From an archaeon (GTDB taxonomy: Archaea; Iainarchaeota; Iainarchaeia; Iainarchaeales; JAAZKV01), in assembly GCA_041661245.1 (NCBI GenBank), contig JBAZUY010000001.1, forward strand, positions 64,491 to 128,490: 64,000 bases of DNA, given 5' to 3'. A program made the translations under genes and the position numbers. How positions within the stretch are numbered: the first letter of the stretch is position 1; each line of letters starts with the position of its first letter. Shown here piece by piece: positions 40,131 to 48,327 of this stretch. Below the pieces are notes generated by a model that was not told where the DNA came from, did no database searches, and worked only from the letters and a program-made list of their open reading frames with translations.

Positions 40131-41048
40131 ATGGACATACTAATACTCGCGGAGAAAAAGAAAAATGCTGAAATGTTCGTGAGCGCAATTAAGGCAAAAG
40201 GCCATAATGCAACCTATATTCGCTTGTCCAAAATAATATTAGTCAGCAAACAAAATGAGAGCTTAATAAAATCTAAGGGAGAGGAATTAGCCCCCTATGA
40301 TGCAGTATTTATCCAAGCAAGAACTACCCTTGCCCCATTCATAGAGCCATTACTTGACCAATTAGAATCAGAAGGCTGCTACACCACTTCTAAAAAAGGC
40401 TCGTATTATATTGGAATGAACGAACCATACCAATTTGTAACCCTTTCTGTTGCAAAAGCACCAATACCAAAATCAATTACTTCAGGAAATGCAAAAAACA
40501 TTGAACACTTGTCAAAAAAACTAACTTACCCGTTACTTGCAAAATCCTTTATTGGAAGAACTGTCCAACAAGCAATCGTAGTAAACAACGCAAGAGCGCT
40601 AAATAGTTACATTAAAAGTATAAAAACAGAGATTGACGGATTCATGTTACGCCAATTCTCCAAAGCAGACATCATTTCGAGTGTAATGATTGGAAAAAAA
40701 ATATTCTCGGTGAAAAGAAAATTTACTGACGGAATAACTGCTGAAATTAGCGAAGGAAAAATTTACAAAGTAAGTGAGAGTGAAACAAAAACCATTTTCT
40801 CAGCAGCAAAAGCCTGCGGGTATGATATTGCAAGAGTAGATTTGTGTAAAGGAAAAATTGTGAAAGTTGATCCAATAATACCTTGGACGGATTTTAATAA
40901 GATTTGCTCAGAAAGAATTGAAGATTATGTGGCGGATTTTTTAATTGAACAAGCTATCCAAAATGAAGGAAAAAGAAAAGTTAAATATGATTTCCTAGGA
41001 TTAAGAAAAATATTTGGAAAAACTATTCTTGGGTGGTTATTCAAATGA
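40131..41048 (+). CDS. RimK-like ATP-grasp paralog with degenerate nucleotide-binding motifs
   Basis: Same length and layout as the next gene. However, the glycine-rich loop reads YPLLAKSFIGRTVQQAIVV, the RxN..GG block is missing, and only ARVDL and KVDP remain. Confidence 0.55.
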   Translation: MDILILAEKKKNAEMFVSAIKAKGHNATYIRLSKIILVSKQNESLIKSKGEELAPYDAVFIQARTTLAPFIEPLLDQLESEGCYTTSKKGSYYIGMNEPYQFVTLSVAKAPIPKSITSGNAKNIEHLSKKLTYPLLAKSFIGRTVQQAIVVNNARALNSYIKSIKTEIDGFMLRQFSKADIISSVMIGKKIFSVKRKFTDGITAEISEGKIYKVSESETKTIFSAAKACGYDIARVDLCKGKIVKVDPIIPWTDFNKICSERIEDYVADFLIEQAIQNEGKRKVKYDFLGLRKIFGKTILGWLFK

Positions 41049-41974
41049 CTCCCACAAAAATAATTTTCCCAGAACACACTCAAATACAAAAAGAAAATAA
41101 GAGTCTTTTAATAATCGGGTCAAAAACTTACAAACAATCAACCGTAAACATGCTTCTTGAAGAAGCAAAAAAGAAATTTTCAAATGTAATGTTTGTCCCA
41201 ATCGACAAAATACAAATACTTTCAGTTGAAGGAAAAACTGAACTCATTTACAAGGACAAAAACCTTCTTGAATTTGATGCAATTTACCCAAGACTTTCTT
41301 CAAGAGACTTTTTACTAGGAGAAGCGGTACTGAAAACAATTGAGAATAGCAAAGCATACTGCCCAGTAAATCTATCTGCATACCAAATATCAAATCATAA
41401 ATTTTATACCTCAAAAAAATTATCAAATCAAGGAATACCTGGGATTACAAGTACTTTATTTATTTCCCCAAAATATGCAGATTATGCCGTGGACGAAACA
41501 GGGTATCCTTTTGTAATGAAATTAATCTCAGGATTTGCAGGAAAAGGAGTTGTATTAATTAACTCTAAAGAACAAATGGAAAGCATACTTGAAGCAGTAC
41601 ACCTCTTTGAAGAATTTATTTCAACCCAAAAATTCATTAAGGGAAAAGACTCGGATGTACGATGCTATGTTATTGGAGATTATGTAATTGCAGTAAAAAG
41701 AAAATGTAAAAAAGGAGATTGGAGAGCAAACATTTCAAGAGGAGGAAGTGCAAGTCTAATTAATCCAACTCCCGAAATGCTAAATATTGCAAAAACAAGT
41801 GCAAAAGCACTTGGAATGGATTTGTGCTCAGTAGATTTAATGGAATACAAGAAAAAATGGGTAGTAATAGAAGTAAACTTTATGCCAGGACCTTTTAGAA
41901 AATTCCTCGGAAGCATGATTGCACAACAATGGATAAGATTTTTGTTTGAAAAATCAGGTAAGAACCAAAAATAA
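41045..41974 (+). CDS. RimK/LysX-family ATP-grasp ligase (canonical motifs)
   Basis: YPFVMKLISGFAGKGVVLI, DVRCYVIGDYVIA, WRANISRGGSA, CSVDLME...VIEVNFMPG. ATG 41045 overlaps the upstream TGA (ATGA). Confidence 0.8.
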   Translation: MTPTKIIFPEHTQIQKENKSLLIIGSKTYKQSTVNMLLEEAKKKFSNVMFVPIDKIQILSVEGKTELIYKDKNLLEFDAIYPRLSSRDFLLGEAVLKTIENSKAYCPVNLSAYQISNHKFYTSKKLSNQGIPGITSTLFISPKYADYAVDETGYPFVMKLISGFAGKGVVLINSKEQMESILEAVHLFEEFISTQKFIKGKDSDVRCYVIGDYVIAVKRKCKKGDWRANISRGGSASLINPTPEMLNIAKTSAKALGMDLCSVDLMEYKKKWVVIEVNFMPGPFRKFLGSMIAQQWIRFLFEKSGKNQK

Positions 41975-42036
41975 ACCAAGAGTCAAATAAAAAGCAATAT
42001 TAACTTCGCGTATGCTTACATATTACAGGCGATATT

Positions 42037-43173
42037 ATGCGATTTTTCAATTACACCCTTATTGATCAAAAAATCTGCCAACTAGCCGGCGCTATTGAAA
42101 CTAATCTACTAACTTACATTAACCCTCAAAATCTTGGAGAACAAAAGAAAAAATTCTTTGAATCCTTAAACAAAAATGAACAATATAACCCAGTTTTTAC
42201 TTACGCGTCAAGAAATCCACTTTATACATATTTTGACATGAATCCCAATTTTAAAATATACCAAAATGAATTAAAGGAATTAATTAAAGACCTCGGGGAA
42301 GACTCATTAGGAATAATATTTGAAAAAAAAATAATTGATCTTTTTGAGAGAATGGAACTAGTACGAAGCGTAGGAACCGAAAACTTTGCAGGAAACTCCG
42401 AATCCTATTATGGCACTGTGGACCCCCAAACATTAAGAAGAGCTAAAGAGTTATTGTCAAAAGAAATTGTTCTTGAGGAGAAAAAAATTCACTTTGATGA
42501 AGCGAAAAAAGTAATTGAAGCATTTTTGAAAAAGAAAAAACTCAATTACAAAGTAAAACAACGAGAAACTGAAAACGGAGCAAAATTTTCAGTAAATATA
42601 AGAACAAAAGAAATCTTCATTAACAAGGATGTGTTCTTTTCTGAAAATACACTCCGAAGACTTATTGCTCACGAAATAGAAGGACACGTTTACCGATATG
42701 AAAATGGACTCCTGCAGCCATATGGAATATTTTCAAGAGGATTATCAAAAGAAACACTTGAAACGGAAGAAGGCCTTGCAGTTTATATTGAACAACAACA
42801 AAAAATTAATATTGATGCCCAACTCAAAGAATATGCTGGAAGAGTCATGGCTATTACTACCGCATCAAAGAAAAGTTTCTTTGAAACATTTGAAGAAATG
42901 AACAAATACTTTTCACAAGAAGACTCCTTCACACTCGCGCTCCGAGCAAAAAGAGGAACATGGAAACAAGATGTTGGAAGTGCTTTTACAAAAGATGCAC
43001 TTTACTTAAAAGGGCTGCTATTGGTTGAAGACTTTTTGAAAGACCAAAAAGTTGAAACCCTTTACCACGGAAGATATTCCATAAACGACACCCCATTGGC
43101 TTTGGATATTGCGGGACTTGTAAAACCAGCACATCTGCCAGAGTGCTTAAAGAAAGAGAGCGCGAGAACATGA
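42037..43173 (+). CDS. DUF1704 / MATCAP-like metallocarboxypeptidase (QEGLA-motif family)
   Basis: IAHEIEGHV (HExxxH) followed by ETEEGLAVYIE (EGLA motif); length about 378 aa. Confidence 0.65.
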   Translation: MRFFNYTLIDQKICQLAGAIETNLLTYINPQNLGEQKKKFFESLNKNEQYNPVFTYASRNPLYTYFDMNPNFKIYQNELKELIKDLGEDSLGIIFEKKIIDLFERMELVRSVGTENFAGNSESYYGTVDPQTLRRAKELLSKEIVLEEKKIHFDEAKKVIEAFLKKKKLNYKVKQRETENGAKFSVNIRTKEIFINKDVFFSENTLRRLIAHEIEGHVYRYENGLLQPYGIFSRGLSKETLETEEGLAVYIEQQQKINIDAQLKEYAGRVMAITTASKKSFFETFEEMNKYFSQEDSFTLALRAKRGTWKQDVGSAFTKDALYLKGLLLVEDFLKDQKVETLYHGRYSINDTPLALDIAGLVKPAHLPECLKKESART

Positions 43174-44240
43174 TTTCAATAGATGATTCAACGAAAATCA
43201 AAAACATTAAACCACTTACTCTTCAAGCCCTACAAAAAGTGTTTGACCTCTATGAGATTACCCCGAAAAGCAATGTGCTTTTGTGGAGCAATACAAGCAA
43301 AAATAAGGTTTCTGAAAAACTAGCAAAAACATTTCTCCAAAGACTCAATCAACTCGGGTGCACCACATCTGTAATAATTGAAAAAGAAAAAACAAAACTG
43401 GGCCCAGCATCAAAAAAAACCCAAAAATGTATTCTTTCATTGACCCAGGGGGATATCTTTATTTCAATAGGCGCAGGAAATAGGGGATACGTGGAACAGA
43501 ATGGAAAACATGTTTTAATGAGAAAACTCATGAAAAAACAAGGGTTTAGGATGGTTTCTCTTGGAGGACTGGATTCAATAAAACTGCATAGAATAAATTC
43601 ATTTTTTGAAAGTTTTAATCATAATCAAAAAGAAATTAACTCCCTCAATAAAAAAATCAAAAATCTTTTAGAAAAAACAAAAACAATCAAAATTACTTGC
43701 CCAAAAGGAAGTAACTTAACAATGGAACTTAATAAAAACCCCGTGATTTCAAACGATGGAAACTGGAAAAAATACTCCACAAACTACCCAATAGGCGAAG
43801 TATACACCGCACCGAAAGAAGATTCCTGCAATGGAATTGCATTTGTTTCAAGCGCAAAGGTTTCTGGAAAAACTATTCTGCCCAAAAAACCAATAAAATT
43901 TATTTTTGAAAAAGGCTTACTTAAATCCACAAATAGCAAAGAAATTAACTCAAATCTAAAATATGTGGAGAAATTCAATAAAAAAAATAATATATTAAAT
44001 TGGAAAACCGCACCCCGAACAATTGCTGAGTTTGCTATTGGAACAAATAGAAAAGCAAGTATTGTGGGCGCAATGATTTGTGATGAAAAAACTCTGGGCA
44101 CTTGCCACTTTGCCATAGGAAACAATAAACACCTTGGAGGAAAAACTTACTGCCACGGACACTTTGATAACGTAATAAAAAATCCCACAATATGGTTTGA
44201 TGGAAAAAAAATAATGACAAATGGAAAACTTTTATTTTGA
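43170..44240 (+). CDS. M29-family (AmpS/PepS-like) aminopeptidase
   Basis: YPIGEVYTAP, EFAIGTN, CDEKTLGTCHFAIGNN, HGHFD. ATG 43170 overlaps the upstream TGA (ATGA). Confidence 0.7.
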   Translation: MISIDDSTKIKNIKPLTLQALQKVFDLYEITPKSNVLLWSNTSKNKVSEKLAKTFLQRLNQLGCTTSVIIEKEKTKLGPASKKTQKCILSLTQGDIFISIGAGNRGYVEQNGKHVLMRKLMKKQGFRMVSLGGLDSIKLHRINSFFESFNHNQKEINSLNKKIKNLLEKTKTIKITCPKGSNLTMELNKNPVISNDGNWKKYSTNYPIGEVYTAPKEDSCNGIAFVSSAKVSGKTILPKKPIKFIFEKGLLKSTNSKEINSNLKYVEKFNKKNNILNWKTAPRTIAEFAIGTNRKASIVGAMICDEKTLGTCHFAIGNNKHLGGKTYCHGHFDNVIKNPTIWFDGKKIMTNGKLLF

Positions 44241-44254
44241 ATACAACAACAAAA

Positions 44255-44905
44255 CTAATCCAATAAATATTTTATGTTTTCATAAGTTGTCTCTTTAGGA
44301 GTAAGTACTAAATCTGCTTGGGAATAATCTTGTTCAAAAAAAACATTTGTTTTGATAATTAGGCATTTCATTCCCGCAGCTTTTGCGGCAGTTAAACCCA
44401 AAACTGAATCCTCCAGCACAAGACAATGTTTTGGATTAACTTTAAGTAGTTCAGCAGCTTTCAAGTAAGGATCGGGATTTGGTTTATGTTTCACTGTATC
44501 CTCAAGTCCGACTATTTCATCAAAATAATTTCTTATTCCAAAATCTTCAAGAATTTTAGTTGTAACCTCTCTTTTTGTTGAAGTCGCAATCCCTAACTTA
44601 TATCCCTTTTCTTTCAAAACCTTTGCTAACTCCACTACTTCTCTTACAAGACAATTCTTTGATAAAAGTGAATAATAAAATTCTCTTTGGATTTTTCTAT
44701 ATTCTTCCCAATCCACTGGATACTTTGAGAGTAAAAATTCTTTATAATGATCTGGAGATCTAGCATATATTTGCTTAAAATCAGTTTCATCAAAGTTAAA
44801 TCCAACTTTTTTTAAACCTTGTTTTATGGATTCTTTGTGAATCATCTCAGAGTCAATTAAAACTCCATCTCGATCAAAAATAATAGCTTTAATCATAAAA
44901 GTCAC
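44255..44905 (-). CDS. HAD-superfamily hydrolase (subfamily IA)
   Basis: IKAIIFDRDGVLIDSE, ATST, LEDSVLGLTAAKAAGM. Confidence 0.75.
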   Translation of the reverse strand: MTFMIKAIIFDRDGVLIDSEMIHKESIKQGLKKVGFNFDETDFKQIYARSPDHYKEFLLSKYPVDWEEYRKIQREFYYSLLSKNCLVREVVELAKVLKEKGYKLGIATSTKREVTTKILEDFGIRNYFDEIVGLEDTVKHKPNPDPYLKAAELLKVNPKHCLVLEDSVLGLTAAKAAGMKCLIIKTNVFFEQDYSQADLVLTPKETTYENIKYLLD

Positions 44906-44953
44906 AATAGTTAACTAAAAAACAACTAGTTTTCTTTTTGGATAAACCTTAGA

Positions 44954-44978
44954 CTTTTTCTTTTCGAAAAAGAAAAAG
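44954..44978 (-). terminator. Near-perfect palindrome downstream of tRNA-Leu
   Basis: ctttttcttttc/gaaaaagaaaaag, T-rich on the tRNA strand. Confidence 0.3.
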
Positions 44979-44985
44979 GCTTGGA

Positions 44986-45069
44986 TGCACGGGAACGGAA
45001 TCGAACCGTTGAACGCACTAAGCGACCAGATTTTGAGTCTGGTGGGTTTAACCGCTCCCCAACCCGTGC
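44986..45069 (-). tRNA. tRNA-Leu (anticodon CAA), type II with long variable arm, no encoded CCA
   Basis: Reverse complement is GCACGGG...CCAGA-CTCAAAA-TCTGG...variable arm...GGTTCGATTCC...CCCGTGC-A. The acceptor (7 bp), anticodon and T arms all pair. Confidence 0.9.
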
Positions 45070-45178
45070 AAATTGAATATCAAGAGCTTTGTTCTTGAAT
45101 AAAAAAAATAGATTTCGTTAGTTATTAAATACTGCGTGTTAGGGGCAAAAATAAGGAGATTTGCTTAATTAAACCTTT

Positions 45179-45595
45179 TTACTTAAATTCCAAAATATCC
45201 CTATATTTTACTAACGGAGTATCTTTTGATTTAATAAAAATTGACCCCTCTTCATTAGCCAAAAGCTCTTCAACAGAATTTGAACCCACTTTCAAATCCA
45301 TAATCGTTAATTCTTTCCCATTTAGTTTAGCCTTCATTTTTTTCTTTAATTTACCGCACTCAACAAACCCCAAAACCATTGTAAGAGTCCCAGTATCATA
45401 GACCCCCGAAACTTTGAATCTATTAAATTGTTTTGCTTTTTGTAAAAACACTTCTCCGGAAGTTTCTCTATCCTTCGCACCATTTTTTACATGATTAGGA
45501 ATTAGAACTGAAGAATCCTCTGCCCCGCCAAGAATCATATCCTCTTCGGATTGAACAGAATCATTCTTTTTCTTTAAAAAATCAAACAAACCCAT
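45179..45595 (-). CDS. Hypothetical protein (C-terminal half resembles a translation-factor domain-2-type beta barrel)
   Basis: 138-aa ORF; the GFVECGKLKKKMKAKLNGKELTIMDLKV pattern is only a weak resemblance. Confidence 0.4.
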   Translation of the reverse strand: MGLFDFLKKKNDSVQSEEDMILGGAEDSSVLIPNHVKNGAKDRETSGEVFLQKAKQFNRFKVSGVYDTGTLTMVLGFVECGKLKKKMKAKLNGKELTIMDLKVGSNSVEELLANEEGSIFIKSKDTPLVKYRDILEFK

Positions 45596-45797
45596 AAACT
45601 AAAGATGCTTAGAAACAAATAAAAAGTCTGCCAAAGAGACAAAATACTCCAATTGCTATTTAACAATCAAAACAATGCTTAGGAAATCCTTTTGAGAAAG
45701 CCAACTACATTTATTGAGATAATGCCCACTAAACAGGCAGGATTAAATACTTGAAAAAGTAGAATTACTAATCGACTCTGTGCGAGGTGAAAAATAA

Positions 45798-45872
45798 ATG
45801 GCTCCAAAAAGTAAAGCAAAACCAAAAGCAAAAGCGGCTAAAAAAAGTGGCGGATGTTGCTGCTGCCAATAA
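45798..45872 (+). CDS. Micro-ORF 1: 24-aa polybasic peptide MAPKSKAKPKAKAAKKSGGCCCCQ
   Basis: gaggtga Shine-Dalgarno lies 6 nt upstream of the ATG. The ORF has its own terminator hairpin 19 nt after the stop. It is below the ORF-track size cutoff. Confidence 0.55.
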   Translation: MAPKSKAKPKAKAAKKSGGCCCCQ

Positions 45873-45890
45873 ATAAATTAAATTAATTCG

Positions 45891-45911
45891 CTGGAGTAAA
45901 AAAAACTCCAG
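45891..45911 (+). terminator. Hairpin plus T-run after micro-ORF 1
   Basis: ctggag-taaaaaaaa-ctccag followed by caactattttttt. Confidence 0.5.
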
Positions 45912-46035
45912 CAACTATTTTTTTAAAAAATAATAAACGTGAGAAAAATATCTCTAAAAAAATACCAATGCTTATATATTAGATAAGGACTCTTCTGAAT
46001 AGAACTAATTTTTTTGGTTCAGGGGTGAAATAAAA

Positions 46036-46086
46036 ATGGCAGCAAAAAAGAAAAAAGCAGTTAAGAGAAAAGCTAAGAAAAAATAA
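46036..46086 (+). CDS. Micro-ORF 2: 16-aa polybasic peptide MAAKKKKAVKRKAKKK
   Basis: ggggtga lies 8 nt upstream of the ATG, and TATA-like cttatatatt about 60 nt upstream. A strong terminator hairpin follows 26 nt after the stop. Confidence 0.5.
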   Translation: MAAKKKKAVKRKAKKK

Positions 46087-46112
46087 TTTTCTAGTAAAAC
46101 TATTTTTTGTAA

Positions 46113-46136
46113 GGCGAAAGGATTTTTCCTTTCGCC
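46113..46136 (+). terminator. Perfect 10-bp hairpin after micro-ORF 2
   Basis: ggcgaaagga-tttt-tcctttcgcc. Confidence 0.55.
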
Positions 46137-46324
46137 AAAAATAAAACAGCAAAACAATTTTAACAAACTTCTCCAGTTAATTGCAAATATTGTATTTCAA
46201 CTGCAAAATAAATAAATTAATCAATAAATTTTTTATAATAAAACAAATAATTCATTATTGAAAAAATCTATCTGGTTTAAAATACTTTCATCATTCATTT
46301 ATTTATTGCCTTTAGTGGATTACA

Positions 46325-47749
46325 ATGTTTCAAAAAGAAGAACAAGAAAAAAATCACGATCAAAACTCAGAAAAAAATTCTGTTCAACAGGATTCTGAAA
46401 CTAAAAATGGTAACGGTAACGGACACGACGAAACAAAAGTAAAAACAAAACAACCTTTTGAATCAAAAAAATTCTTATTCGTTTCAATAGATGCACTAAT
46501 CACAGACATCGCATGGCAGGTAAAGAAAGAAGGACATGAGGTAAAATACTATATTGAAGACAAAGGCGAAAATGAAGTTGGGGACGGATTCGTTGAAAAG
46601 GTAACTGACTGGGAAAAAGAAGTTGATTGGGCGGATGTAATTGTTTTTGATGATGTTTTAGGACACGGAAAAAAAGCCAAAGCAATGAGAGATAGAGGAA
46701 AAAAAGTTGTAGGCGGAACACCATATACTGATCGATTAGAGGATGAAAGAGCATTTGGACAAGAAGAATTAGTGAAATACGGAATACCAGTAGCACCATA
46801 CAAAGATTTTACTAAATTTGATGATGCAATTCAATTTGTAAAGGATAACCCTGGAAAATATGTAATAAAACCAAGCGGAGAAGCGCAAAACAACAAAGGA
46901 CTATTGTTTATCGGTGAAGAAGAAGATGGAAAAGATGTTATCCAAGTATTAATGGATTACAAAAGTGCTTGGCAAAAGAAAATACCTGATTTTCAACTCC
47001 AAAAGAAACTCAGCGGAGTAGAAGTTGCGGTAGGAGCATTCTTCAATGGAAAAGAATTCATTTACCCAGTAAACATTAACTTTGAACACAAAAAATTATT
47101 TCCTGGAAACCTTGGACCCTCAACAGGAGAAATGGGAACTACAATGTTCTGGACTGGTCCGAACAAATTATTTAACTCAACTCTAAAAAAGTTCGAACAA
47201 AAGTTTGCAGAAGAAAACTATGTAGGGTATATTGACATTAATTTTATAGTAAACACTAACGGAATATATCCCCTTGAATGGACTTCACGCTTCGGATATC
47301 CAACAATAAGTATCCAGCAGGAATCATTCATTACCCCTATTGGAGAATTTTTATACGATTTAGCAAACGGTAACAACCCAAAACTTAAAGTAAAGAGCGG
47401 ATTCCACATAGGAGTAAGAATAGTAGTACCTCCCTTCCCATTCGATGATGACAAAACTTTTGAAGTAAAGTCAAAAGACTCAATAATATTTTTGAAGAAA
47501 CCAAATTATGAAGGAATACACTTAGAAGATGTAAAAATGGTTAATGATGAATGGCTAGTAACAGGAAACACAGGGGTAATACTAATCGTTTGCGGAAGCG
47601 GACAGACAATGAGACAAGCTCAAAAACAAGCATACAGCCGAATAAAAAATATTCTAATACCCCACATGTACTACCGAACAGATATTGGGGACAGATGGTT
47701 TGAAGACTCGGATAAATTAACTACTTGGGGATATTTAAGAGAAGCTTAA
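46325..47749 (+). CDS. PurD (GAR synthetase)-like ATP-grasp enzyme with low-complexity N-terminal extension
   Basis: KYVIKPSGEAQNNKGLLF and FEHKKLFPGNLGPSTGEMGT parallel the PurD blocks (IKADGLAAGKG, DHKR..DGD.GPNTGGMG). The N-terminal GGREHA motif is absent. No other pur genes are in the window. Confidence 0.6.
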   Translation: MFQKEEQEKNHDQNSEKNSVQQDSETKNGNGNGHDETKVKTKQPFESKKFLFVSIDALITDIAWQVKKEGHEVKYYIEDKGENEVGDGFVEKVTDWEKEVDWADVIVFDDVLGHGKKAKAMRDRGKKVVGGTPYTDRLEDERAFGQEELVKYGIPVAPYKDFTKFDDAIQFVKDNPGKYVIKPSGEAQNNKGLLFIGEEEDGKDVIQVLMDYKSAWQKKIPDFQLQKKLSGVEVAVGAFFNGKEFIYPVNINFEHKKLFPGNLGPSTGEMGTTMFWTGPNKLFNSTLKKFEQKFAEENYVGYIDINFIVNTNGIYPLEWTSRFGYPTISIQQESFITPIGEFLYDLANGNNPKLKVKSGFHIGVRIVVPPFPFDDDKTFEVKSKDSIIFLKKPNYEGIHLEDVKMVNDEWLVTGNTGVILIVCGSGQTMRQAQKQAYSRIKNILIPHMYYRTDIGDRWFEDSDKLTTWGYLREA

Positions 47750-47808
47750 TAATAACTGATTTCAAAAAATGTTTTTTTAACTAGTGCTCGACACGATTTT
47801 TGTGTTAA

Positions 47809-48294
47809 ATGATTGGTATGAATCATGAGAAAGAAAAAGTTATTCAAAAAATAAAGAATACTTACTGTCGAATAATGCCTTCAAAGCTTCACGGCGTTGG
47901 AGTATTTGCGATAAGAGACATCCCAAAAGATATAAATCCATTCGGGATAGAAACAAAACAAAAATGGGTCCGAGTTCACTTAAAAGACCTTGGCGAAATA
48001 CACCCAAACCTTAACGAGATGATAGAAGCATTTTATGTAATAAAAAAAGACGGAAGTGTATGGATAAACTCAGGCGGACTCGGATCAATTGGAATATCCT
48101 TTTACATGAACACTTCAAAAAACCCAAACATGAAAACAATTGATGAAGGATTTACTTTTATTACAAGCAAAGAAATAAAATGCGGGGAAGAGTTGCTCGC
48201 AGATTATGGAGAATTCGACTGGAAATACAAGCAATCCGAGAAAGATAAAACAAAAACTAAATTGATAAAGAAAAACAAAACTAAAGGCAAGTAA
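47809..48294 (+). CDS. SET-domain protein (divergent) with lysine-rich tail
   Basis: LHGVGVFAIRDIPKD, FYMNTSKNPNM (degenerate NHSxxPN), GEELLADYG. Confidence 0.55.
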   Translation: MIGMNHEKEKVIQKIKNTYCRIMPSKLHGVGVFAIRDIPKDINPFGIETKQKWVRVHLKDLGEIHPNLNEMIEAFYVIKKDGSVWINSGGLGSIGISFYMNTSKNPNMKTIDEGFTFITSKEIKCGEELLADYGEFDWKYKQSEKDKTKTKLIKKNKTKGK

Positions 48295-48327
48295 AAAAAT
48301 GGAAGAATTAACTGCGAAGATGATCTT

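Noticed and set aside
46325-47749. Straightforward annotation as purD
   Set aside because: ATP-grasp blocks resemble PurD, but the N-terminal GGREHA-type signature is missing, an unrelated low-complexity extension is present, and the neighbours are SET proteins rather than pur genes. Kept as PurD-like only.
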